IMG/VR virus record: IMGVR_UViG_3300044568_003085
Direction: 5' to 3' (one strand)
DNA: 64,000 nucleotides
Origin: a virus
Taxonomy: Duplodnaviria > Heunggongvirae > Uroviricota > Caudoviricetes
Shown piece after piece: positions 13,001 to 19,046 of this stretch. Each line of letters starts with the position of its first letter. The stretch's first letter is position 1. Both the position numbers and the translations under genes were made by a program. Under the pieces are notes generated by a model that searched no databases, was not told the origin of the DNA, and saw only the letters and a list, made by a program, of their open reading frames with translations.

Positions 13001-13110
13001 AAACTAAATCATTTGATAGTTATGCAACAGAGTTTGCAACATACGCTGCAAATTTGAAAACAACAGGAATGACAAACAATGAAATTATTGAAAAACTTAA
13101 ATGTTTATAA
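1066..13110 (+). CDS. giant virion-associated protein (4014 aa), a candidate crAss-like virion RNA polymerase with a fused N-terminal region. It carries an HExxH motif (aa 1027-1031) and a DFDID (DxDxD) motif (aa 2703-2707).
   Basis: Uninterrupted 12-kb ORF. HESFH is encoded at nt 4144-4158 and DFDID at nt 9172-9186. The gene sits in the structural module next to another giant ORF and the tail fibre. Confidence that it is a CDS is high; the functional assignment is about 0.35. Confidence 0.85.
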   Translation: MAKCELSTDKYISVVKNLIKLNPSEYRNFDKTAEFILKSGLSNYEKSLSLYSIAEIYIGLHGLDKRFYELGKADRIADARVLLDDTDQFISSVSELYSVKKAPTAKIETIERMINDLSKKTVVTRKDLTSSNGILNAIKNYFNTIEFEDETIREGYIDNVNHQLKSMLRELNTSDSHKDLLLKAVDTTISALKKTSQFISLRDIASLAELNNELVTLVNGQMIEAIPRPDGLYVYDQMGNEQKINEKDIVARKDARNDDYSNSNTGKQEFFEDTILSNFKIKPLENEVFKKEQIITKLKKMGDAVTAGIKIHAVKISTVGDDRLKRIHDVAVDPKYKGLANRTYETFENDTQVEYLKSTSKGTVITVARPKQSENQYVLVGEIIGSGEKFYLYPLDNYVFLNSDNTTQKIDFSNPVHLEMVKEHSIKRTAEGVTDLTQNDLETLKNTYSLHNMFKANMTDFLSTKFNDAISSVDVSEQFFFQYSINSQKVGKTTIQNLADLIDTDKSLSRKLTIVTLDTFGKTIKEEERNLIFMFTKFNDYKDASGNYKPKDQQNKFQLVNLLNGNERIKITNAEGEEVDTVTQQAYLDNHFDSSIKMNDTYIKEKIFNGKYYENQNHIIIRFNNNKTYGYKIVKPIYALEQTQGFATFLNTLSDVLQAPDKSSQLRSFNSRVYKFAGFTASSGKVELYANFANDAKGNLQVEIRPPSNAKADSKYGFILQSQPNKGAFNFSLAENEKDLIKDNARTKDLISKVVGENIIFSNLDLNKLKDVTRFYSLLNKLSKDSNPSENVLNLIEAIETQQNNFSKILNEKVIEKLLKVGEFFPGFLDNFNKDYPNPKHLILDIKANGKEVPRVIFADKNESQAKKDFIASASSLELHDIPQKKLVITSKSPVSTVTKIANVPLTEVTEHPIENIPVSKPTLFEQMFGNEVTEETTTKEEIDLSDDIPEIDLFSISNSEVQTETEAQRENSIQWLQNSLPQFDISQEELSTVVDLSKIDGNVLGMFKDRVIHLNNEILSKGVVYHESFHGVFRYLMTPEQRSKLIEQVTSNVKNKKLFTPSALKAFASERNYIYDYEKMMNLQAEEILADGFQNYMIKNTKPKGLLEQLFSLLKKLIDMFIKRGDVIDGTYKDIKRGYYSTAQIQSGMYDGQAAYALIPGLKTIVKNNKNASGVSQKQSSLQKADQNQLVYMVSKYIIEDTSGKTFDEKFETSRQLILNNVYNLDRIIEKNPEYTREEVVKAYGDLYSNYRFMLGARALGETINDVNNSGNDKFNKRTLPNKIKQYKDKSLDNDLGQVSLDVLKKLVKEKTRELYSMLDGVGNAISKDVLAKELSGENEFKSQLDEDAEDNEELSDDVNTEEEFGQHNRLDSAPRQIRRFLAIIDYDKKDSKTGMIIPRVIDGESLYGTLLKITSDISVDNIINHIRVIANTYKEDGNVEAAGDLQAVYDKLASYTSMDENGNPATNKQLYNMFKDVLHGTETNYMIMYATLKTGIFEEEGNNISSFTMSDRVMQADIVNRRRNLVSSMITTHAKKRTDPEYIQSVKNLIAISDKIINEKILMGSSKEANTTLETYTFDLYNAFNAVGISLPKSLIRMSLLAIDKIDNNNNALTQVNKNTLEHYDTNKSLILESAYLQKDYFRDIKAIYKNVIDESITSNAFGKMLDDKNDNLNRFFSVTNKFAKYIIKYDATDLPSVFRNAAGKPVYRYTKYTPLHTISQSIRQEGLLDTLKKDPYYNDFLEDFYSDNPLFNDLLKGDNTKKSKVAKLLMDNMNISLFGGIAQFNNKTYKDGKTFGKLDDQSLHIMSILSFLQRSNISSYETVIDEDGNVTTPKTTIQTYARSFDTLEASQTNFLITALYQQYADTKGVTKNKNNHLKIVDDLEAKVKQEFNRIKKEWNRRSENKTNFDSGTSNLLVNKYNGVLDSVDKTKANVEQENLRAYNFNVFPYFFSAPENELFTNNLTQLAKDNTVQFEDLDESTLSELRDGLNTFAQKELTMYIDELKNLGVVKENEETVKAIKKNTTTGEIILEDGMPIITETRQPNIKYLTSNLIADTLKIDFNKPVSLLDVYSKTKENYDIRGEKVQQGNLEGLLADHFFNNWYNSLNVNEIFTGDRALNVKDGIDATKRNKKFLASGSTMKEGFHRVAYLNTIEGYVNNKYPEYGPYYSAVEVLNDFKITDPSIKKYIYENYRVDKNDVYEIFDGQSISSLFHQADMNDSLGRVTPEILNSIIAKHYRELTEEEVREMEKNKIVNNPKKTVTASRNIYHKQSETYIDRNSVSRLIIPEGSTKEQAYSRLHFYYTDIYSSRKQIQEYDKINKETKSNELDTAIADLEKDIQDTYTIIHKFYEPLPHRVKLHNILNSMEYHNIDQLMDTSASKNATKLPVDYFANANLNEYLPLNLSSLNVNNEDKYLQVETSGVHDTARFSVQGKILIAADLQYVEQLANKRHEEEGTIMSSTERKAMNDIGNVLVKYQETLFDIADSNLQSLKHFLRKDKNFELGKIFNLIRENLESQNAPASMLKLFDVDNSGKPVHNANLPGIRSMLEYYFFSLYSKHVTDERGSGFKNIHVSSFGYNVLENEDGTIVTTEEYQNNPSAYPNVKDRPLTVSIENIYNDAGEIINKRYLVECILPKQFFKNKQQEQFFLDNLTEMFALRIPTEDKRSMIALKVVDYVDSSNLNTIIVPQFIHLLAGSDFDIDSLYGQTYAHYVNVIGNYNKFGEYDTYASANQGKFIEFLQYKMEDEDYKSLVKAKRTAIINSKAFDPSANTLEVMYGFGFNQADYLYCVSQNYFQNINSDDDVLSEEIDQLKKDKEVSRLAFVQAKEDNDNNPSDYTAENNRRIFGKQHADIKVNLQEKFWLQKFVKGALRIEAALQVFEKYGLPVDQKNFDKNIVNHLSVLPIHQNKNLQAKIDILSNEAVFKNLYIHERSSVEAFENISTEYGIDLNNFGTKSDPNTITSLVKSKSLGSSYKDGIGITASLQKFLALASQYGLELNNENIIWKYKSNKTDSLGNQKTVDNLFSKFGSINVDGERVIAINGNILGMFADGMKKPIPAALQMNEVNAGITLAMIGVGLDPAFAFGFNFIPEIKQAVNNIQASRFAISESTSSEYKFLNNEITNTMKSFVEDNGGRMLLKELVDANLITPESNVFKVVINKENLLIDFKAKKLDEYRLENNLLTVNDIGYEVTSLVGDVETSLSSEAQKLILLQLYKEQSQQAWSLRNAGSIVDLYKKLNPSLVSFDKLMKNINELRDGNSIFTVESTDKLFRDKQVWVPLKSAIDDLNEQSVIFLERTSFFRPIANTFGTVFTDPSNIAKTITSFIGIRKYQMNQHKNHEGTDPVAQANFDLDNALLKEVFTADYWFNNKLEEKLDVMKIKYPDNKFLQFLKPSNNTANALNENGKPIVEKTLEMVNKAKISGSLADDVADDANKLYMDENLFMKELFYHELARTALQYKSGSFLQYLPSELQIPISENITEFITEIENTKGDKKELINVIRDYISTDDIKTNEDVYNLFDELFVLMAYGASKEVGNKKIKQVSKISFSQKEGFESGLMKKLNFGTSKLDERIAIAKEAVGNILGINIISKGNSFTLSDKLGTEPLEEFVINMKGADAMPEMSKEAVIEIGNKLNVFKDKDDKNKYKFPLLLKISNTTYLLQGIDDEIDNKNFGKSIINSIAGVGEYKTVGNAAKYMALPKELTNGTLNPIGFSTAESKRYINLINRKIKLPVVEEFDLGEAMSEGLTADMFEDYSIKPETKTSGILTLEKVLKEYTIEQLKQGVSLKSLQEKIEQKDLDTIQKAYNYLKAEEKFNTIKSNNEKINRELESLRQKLTETNETTVGSILTIYNDDNDSQYKIKVLEIDRYADYAIVKGRTTKNKEYTIRIDKYGDTKTGSVDNFIFEAVNPDQKEDIKNRINNLKASLETLKSDPADYYIDYFETSALSKLDLDIQNINVTFDMVKHFYDQSSKTKSFDSYATEFATYAANLKTTGMTNNEIIEKLKCL

Positions 13111-13113
13111 GAC

Positions 13114-16100
13114 ATGATAAATTGCATAAATATTAATGATCCGTTATTTAAAGAATTAGTTGCTGCATTTGGTGGTAATGAGGCACTTGCTAGAACTGCT
13201 TGTACATTAAACGAAGATGTTATACCATCAGTTGATGAAGCAAAAACTCTTATTGCTAATATGAAAATTGAAGAAACTGATGAACGACATGTTCGTCATT
13301 CAGATCACTTTAAATTAGAAAGAACAAAAGATCAATATGCAGTTTTACAAAACATAAGTATTTTTGCTAATGATTCTCAACGTGCAGCAATAGCAAAACT
13401 TGTTAAAAATAATCAAGAGTATCAAGAATTTTTACAAAACAATATAGAATTAAGAGACGCTGGTAAAAATGCATTACCTTCATATTCTGTAACATCTTTT
13501 ATTGGTTCATCTGATTTTAAAGGTGATCAGACAAAGTATGAAGCATTTAAACTATTTGGTACATTCATGCATGATGTTTTAGAAAAAGCACAAATAGAAG
13601 CATTGAAAACTAGTTCATCAATTGATGTCATATTATCTGAAGAATTTTTTAATAAAACTTATGAAAAGTATTTAGAAAAGAATCCATTTTACATAGAAGA
13701 ACTTTCTAAAGAAAAGATATTTGATATGGCACAACGTGTTGCAAAACATGTATCTATAAATAGAGATGAAGGATATTTAATATTACCAGAAATTACGTTA
13801 GCTGGAAAAGATACTAATGGTAATTTTATTGTTGGTAGATTAGATTTACTTTTAATAAGTAATACAGGTAAAGTAAAAGTATTTGATTTTAAAACAAAAA
13901 AGGTTCATAATATGGTTTACAATAATGCTTTCAATCAACAAGTAGTTGATAAAGATAGAGCATTTGTAAATCTAGCACAAACAAGTTATGAAGTAAAAGA
14001 TAAACCAGGAATGGCAGATTCTTTAAAACAAACAAATTTACTTAGAACAGCATACGATAACTGGACATTGCAATTAAAAGCATATGAAAATATGCTAGGT
14101 CAGATTGGTTTAGTTGCAGAAGATTCTAAAATTGTTGCATTACTATACCAAACAGATGCAAACAGTAAGTTTTTAGGAGATGTTTTACATATATTTCAAG
14201 GTAATAATTATTTTGATTACGCAACACATGCTGCTGTACCAGGAGATGATGGTTGGTGGAAAAATGATCCAATATATTCATCGCAAAGAATTGAACAATA
14301 TCGCAAGGCAATTGATATAGAAATACCAATTGGTGATAAAAAAATTGAAGAAGAACTTGAAAAGAACTTTCAAAACTTAGAGTTTACCCCTAGTGAAGAA
14401 GAAAATAAAAAATTAATTGCTGCAATTAAAAGTGAATATGATAAACAAATTAAAGAAGTTTATGATAGAATAAATGAATTAAAATCTCAAGGTAAAAATA
14501 CAGATGCATTTTATCAATTACTTGATGTTAGAAAAAATACGTTAGCAACTTTTAATACGTATATTCAAAAAGCATCTAATACTGATATTGCATATGAACA
14601 AAACTTTTTTAATATACTTGCTGCTACTGAAGAAGACTTAAAAAAGATGTCTGATTTGTCAGAAAATGCAATACAATCATTTAGACAAGGTAACTTACAA
14701 TTTTCTAATGCAGATGTAACGCAAATAAACGAATCATTCTCAAGATCAAAAGGTCTTAACGAAGTTATTGATGCATTAAAAAGTATTATTAATGATGCAG
14801 AAAAAAATCCAGAAAATAATATATCACCTAGTAGTCCTGTTAGACAAAAGTTATATGAGTTAGAAATGAGTCATTTAACTATTGAAGCAAACTTTAGAGA
14901 AGCATCAGTATTAGCATTAGTAAAAATTGCAATGACTCCAGGTGAGTATGTATATACAAAAGTAAACGAACAAACTCGTGAAGCATTAGAACCTAAAATT
15001 GCAAAACTTGAAAAACAACTTGCAGATATGAGATTAGGTAAAGCTGCAAATTTATTTCAAAGTGTCAGAGGAAGTCTTATATCATTTATGTCAAAAGATT
15101 TTAAACAAAAACTTGCAGACAGAGCTGGTGGAGGAGAACTTGGTGCTCAATTATTAGAAAATATACAACGTGCTGAACTTGAGTTAATTAGATTAAAAGA
15201 ATACGCATCTACTGGATTAGAGTATAATATAGATTCTTTAAAAAAATATGTTACTGCTGTAACAAATCCTGAATCTCAAGTGTACATTGGTTCACAAGAT
15301 ATTTATAATAGTACTTCTATATTTTCTGGATTATTATTAGATAAAGGTATTGCAACTGCATCTAATAGTGATTTATTTTTGTCATCAATGGTTCAAATGT
15401 ATAAAAATGGAAGTGCAAAAGCTGTTCATACAATACAAAATAATCTTATTGCACTTCAATTTGATAAATCAAGAGATTCATTATTAAAAAGATTTACTGT
15501 TGATCAACTAAATGATGAAATATCTGAATGGAGAGAGCACACTGTTATCAATAAAAAAACTGGAGAAAAAGAAACTAAAAGAAGTTTAAATTTTGTTAAA
15601 CCATTTAGTGAAGAATATCAGAATACTTTTAAAGAACATAGTAATAAATTAAAAGAATACAATACTGAATTACGTGAGTTAGAAGCTGACGCCAATAAAA
15701 AATTTAATACACCAGAATATCAAAGTGCTAAACAAACTTTACTTGACAAACGTAAAGAAAAAGAAAATTATAATACAGAACATATTAAATGGTTGATTGA
15801 AAACTCTTCATTACCATTTAATGAGTCTTTCTATAAATTACAAGCATTAATGCCTGAAGAAATCAGAAATGAACTTCAGGAAAAGTATTTTGAAATACAA
15901 CAAATTACTTATGATGTAGGTAAAGGTAATGAAGTATTACTTGAAGATTATGACTTTGAAAGACTTAAAGATTTAGAAGATGATATAAGAGTATTAAGAG
16001 AAAAAGCAAAAAAAATTAATCCAGATTATGCTACATATATGGAAGAATTTAATAACCTTTTTGAATTTGATACAAACTATGCGTTTTATGAAAGAAGAGA

Positions 16101-19002
16101 GAAAAATGCTATTGCTAGATTTCAAGAACATCCAGAACTATTAAAAAAATGGTATCAAGATAATACAGTAACAAAACCTAAACCAGAATGGTATGAAGAA
16201 CTTTCTGACTTGTATGAGCAACGTGCTGCATTATTTGGTGAAGACTTAGCTGTTACTGATTTAATTAAAGAACGTTCAGCAATACTTAGACCACACAAGG
16301 TAGCTGGTATATTACAATCTCAACATGTATCATCTGAAGAAATTATAGAACTTGAAGCAATTGATGCACAATTAGAATCTATATTTGAAGGAAAAGCAAA
16401 AGTTGATTTAAGTCCTGATCAATTGCAACAAAATGCAATTATCAAAGATCAGATAAATAGAATTTCTGCACCACAATTAACTGCATCATATCTTAGAACA
16501 AGAGATGGTAAAATTAAATCATTATACAATGCTAAAAAATTATTAGTTGCAGCAGAAATTGCATTAGAAAAAGCAGAAACAGCTAAAGATGCAGCATTAA
16601 TAAAAATTGCTACAGATACTGTAGTATTTTATAGTGGACAGTTTTCAAATGAAGAAACAATATTTGAAAAATGGTATAATGATTTTCATCAATTTGCATA
16701 TGAAAGTATTTTAGATAGTGAAGAAGACATTCATAAAAAAATGATTGCAAAGTCATTTAATTATCAAAAACTTCCAGCACCATCGGTTGCTGCACAGTAT
16801 AATGAAACAGTACCTCATCCAAAATATAAAATTAAAAAACTAAAAGAAAGTTCATATAATCCAGACTTTTTAAAATCACCAGATGGTATACCAATGCCAA
16901 AAGGAGTTTATCAAGATTCTGAGAAAGTTTATAAGATAGATCCATTAGTTGTTAAAACAAGTAATATAAATTCAAAATATCTTGGTCTAATGCGTGATCA
17001 AGAACTATTTGATTTTTATAATAAACTAACAACAATGTTTTTTGATTTGCAAACAAAAACTGATGGTAAAAAAATTGGATACAAAGTACCAGGTTTTTCT
17101 TCTACACTTATGCAAAACTTTTCAAGAGAAGGCGTAGTAGCAGGTTCTAAAAATAGATGGGATCAATATGTAGATAAAGCATGGGCAGAAGAAGGTGTAC
17201 AAGATAAAGTTGCAAATACATTTGGTGATAATGGTGCAAGAATTAGACAAAGATTTAATGATCAGTTACCAGAAAACATGCAATCTAAAGATGCAATTGG
17301 TTGTTTAATTAAATGGACAACTGAAGCACATTATAATATAGCAATGCAAGAAGTTGCACCTGTTGCAGATATCGCAATAAAAAGTATTGAACTTATGTCT
17401 GAAGATTTAAAAAAATCTATTCAGAATAAAGCAGTTGTAACAGATGCAGAAGGAAGACCTATCGATATGAACAAACGTCTTGCTGAAACTGAAAATGTAA
17501 TTTCTATTTTAAAGTTTGAAAGAAGAAAATTTATTAATGGTCAAGATCAGTCATTAACATATTTAAATAGAAAACTTACTAAAATAGTAAACAATGTTAT
17601 GTCATATACCAGTTTTATTAGAATTGGATTTGATGTTGTCAATCAAACTAAAAACTACGTTTCTGGTAATGTTCAAGCATTTATTGCAGCAGGTGGTTTA
17701 GTTGGTGATCACTATAGTCAAGAAGATTATATGTGGGCAAAAGGTCAAGTATATGGACTTGGTGAAAATGGATTTATAAAAAACTATTTTGGTGATTGGG
17801 GTAAAGTAAGTGACATAAGTAAATCTACTATGTTATATAGATTATTTAATCCAATGCAAAAAGATTATTTAAAATATGTAGATGAAATTACTGGTACATC
17901 TGGAAGAAGATTGTTATCAAAAGCAATGAATGTGCAAGAACTTGGTTACATGCTTCAAGATAAAGGTGATACAGAAATTGGTGTTACGGTTATGTACGCC
18001 ATTCTTAATCATTATAAATTTAAAACATTTGATATTGATGCAACTACAGGTGATAAAGTATATAGAAAAAATGCAGATGGAACTGATGAACTAGTTTCTG
18101 GTCACGAAGTTTACATTAAAGATACAGATGGTATTATAACCAAAAGAAATGATGTAGAATATACTCAAGAAGATGAAAACAGATTGCGTAATACAATCTA
18201 TTCAGAAATGCGTAAAGCTCAAGGTAACTACGCTAAAGCAGATGAAACAGCTTTTGAAGAAAATGTGGTTGGTAAACTTGTATTTTTCTTTAGAAAATAT
18301 GTAGTACCACAATTTTTAAATAGATTTGGTTATCTTAGACCAAACTATGAAGCAGGTGAAGTTGCTGTTGGTTATTGGCGTGCGTTTTTTACAGCATTAA
18401 AATATTATGGTCCACAAGAAGTTACAAAACATATGGTTCTTGGAAGCAAATATATGTTAAGAACAAATAAAAGTAAAATGAATGACTTTTATAGTAGAAA
18501 AGTTAATCAAACAAAACGTGATGCGTTAATGATGGCATTAACTACTATACTTGGCATGATGGCATTGATGTATGTAAGAAAAAAAGATGATGACGATGAA
18601 GAATTATCTTTATTAGAAGGTAACGCCATTAGATTATTATGGAGTGTTCAAGGTGAAACAACGTCAATGTTTCCTATTGGAGGTGGTTCTGCAGAATATA
18701 TCAAAAACTTTACAACTTTTACTGCATATGCAAGAGAGTTTCAAATGCTTACTAAAACAAGTGGTCACATGTTAAATACACTTTTAGCGTATACACTTAA
18801 TAGTGCTGAAGAACCAGATGACGATGACAGCAATTTTTATCATGAAATATGGAAAAATGCTTTTTATATGAGAAAAGCTGGTAGTTATGAGAAAGGTGAT
18901 CCAAAATTAATGAAGGATTTTTACGACTTAACAGGTATTAAAAACTTTAGAGATATGGCAGATCCTAACTGGAGAATTGATATTATGAAACGTAATCAAT
19001 AA
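13114..19002 (+). CDS. giant virion/cargo protein (1962 aa), function unknown. It has long coiled-coil-like stretches and a C-terminal hydrophobic segment flanked by poly-Asp.
   Basis: 5.9-kb ORF starting 4 nt after the 4014-aa ORF, co-oriented with it. No catalytic motif was recognised. Confidence 0.8.
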   Translation: MINCININDPLFKELVAAFGGNEALARTACTLNEDVIPSVDEAKTLIANMKIEETDERHVRHSDHFKLERTKDQYAVLQNISIFANDSQRAAIAKLVKNNQEYQEFLQNNIELRDAGKNALPSYSVTSFIGSSDFKGDQTKYEAFKLFGTFMHDVLEKAQIEALKTSSSIDVILSEEFFNKTYEKYLEKNPFYIEELSKEKIFDMAQRVAKHVSINRDEGYLILPEITLAGKDTNGNFIVGRLDLLLISNTGKVKVFDFKTKKVHNMVYNNAFNQQVVDKDRAFVNLAQTSYEVKDKPGMADSLKQTNLLRTAYDNWTLQLKAYENMLGQIGLVAEDSKIVALLYQTDANSKFLGDVLHIFQGNNYFDYATHAAVPGDDGWWKNDPIYSSQRIEQYRKAIDIEIPIGDKKIEEELEKNFQNLEFTPSEEENKKLIAAIKSEYDKQIKEVYDRINELKSQGKNTDAFYQLLDVRKNTLATFNTYIQKASNTDIAYEQNFFNILAATEEDLKKMSDLSENAIQSFRQGNLQFSNADVTQINESFSRSKGLNEVIDALKSIINDAEKNPENNISPSSPVRQKLYELEMSHLTIEANFREASVLALVKIAMTPGEYVYTKVNEQTREALEPKIAKLEKQLADMRLGKAANLFQSVRGSLISFMSKDFKQKLADRAGGGELGAQLLENIQRAELELIRLKEYASTGLEYNIDSLKKYVTAVTNPESQVYIGSQDIYNSTSIFSGLLLDKGIATASNSDLFLSSMVQMYKNGSAKAVHTIQNNLIALQFDKSRDSLLKRFTVDQLNDEISEWREHTVINKKTGEKETKRSLNFVKPFSEEYQNTFKEHSNKLKEYNTELRELEADANKKFNTPEYQSAKQTLLDKRKEKENYNTEHIKWLIENSSLPFNESFYKLQALMPEEIRNELQEKYFEIQQITYDVGKGNEVLLEDYDFERLKDLEDDIRVLREKAKKINPDYATYMEEFNNLFEFDTNYAFYERREKNAIARFQEHPELLKKWYQDNTVTKPKPEWYEELSDLYEQRAALFGEDLAVTDLIKERSAILRPHKVAGILQSQHVSSEEIIELEAIDAQLESIFEGKAKVDLSPDQLQQNAIIKDQINRISAPQLTASYLRTRDGKIKSLYNAKKLLVAAEIALEKAETAKDAALIKIATDTVVFYSGQFSNEETIFEKWYNDFHQFAYESILDSEEDIHKKMIAKSFNYQKLPAPSVAAQYNETVPHPKYKIKKLKESSYNPDFLKSPDGIPMPKGVYQDSEKVYKIDPLVVKTSNINSKYLGLMRDQELFDFYNKLTTMFFDLQTKTDGKKIGYKVPGFSSTLMQNFSREGVVAGSKNRWDQYVDKAWAEEGVQDKVANTFGDNGARIRQRFNDQLPENMQSKDAIGCLIKWTTEAHYNIAMQEVAPVADIAIKSIELMSEDLKKSIQNKAVVTDAEGRPIDMNKRLAETENVISILKFERRKFINGQDQSLTYLNRKLTKIVNNVMSYTSFIRIGFDVVNQTKNYVSGNVQAFIAAGGLVGDHYSQEDYMWAKGQVYGLGENGFIKNYFGDWGKVSDISKSTMLYRLFNPMQKDYLKYVDEITGTSGRRLLSKAMNVQELGYMLQDKGDTEIGVTVMYAILNHYKFKTFDIDATTGDKVYRKNADGTDELVSGHEVYIKDTDGIITKRNDVEYTQEDENRLRNTIYSEMRKAQGNYAKADETAFEENVVGKLVFFFRKYVVPQFLNRFGYLRPNYEAGEVAVGYWRAFFTALKYYGPQEVTKHMVLGSKYMLRTNKSKMNDFYSRKVNQTKRDALMMALTTILGMMALMYVRKKDDDDEELSLLEGNAIRLLWSVQGETTSMFPIGGGSAEYIKNFTTFTAYAREFQMLTKTSGHMLNTLLAYTLNSAEEPDDDDSNFYHEIWKNAFYMRKAGSYEKGDPKLMKDFYDLTGIKNFRDMADPNWRIDIMKRNQ

Positions 19003-19012
19003 TATTTACTAT

Positions 19013-19020
19013 TATTTTTG
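19013..19020 (+). promoter_or_regulatory. candidate Bacteroidota-type -7 promoter element (TAnnTTTG, here TATTTTTG) upstream of the tail-fibre gene
   Basis: Motif match 27 nt upstream of the ATG at 19047 in the 44-nt gap after the giant ORFs. No clear -33 TTTG partner was found. Confidence 0.2.
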
Positions 19021-19046
19021 TATATTACTATATATGATAAAATGTT

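Noticed and set aside
1733-14329. Short ORFs nested in or antisense to the two giant genes (1733..1948, 3057..3296, 6015..6263, 6699..6959, 10380..10643, 10701..11036, 11175..11414, 11730..12053, 14126..14329)
   Set aside because: All are contained within the 4014-aa or 1962-aa ORFs. They have Ser/Leu/Phe-rich low-complexity translations typical of antisense frames in AT-rich DNA.
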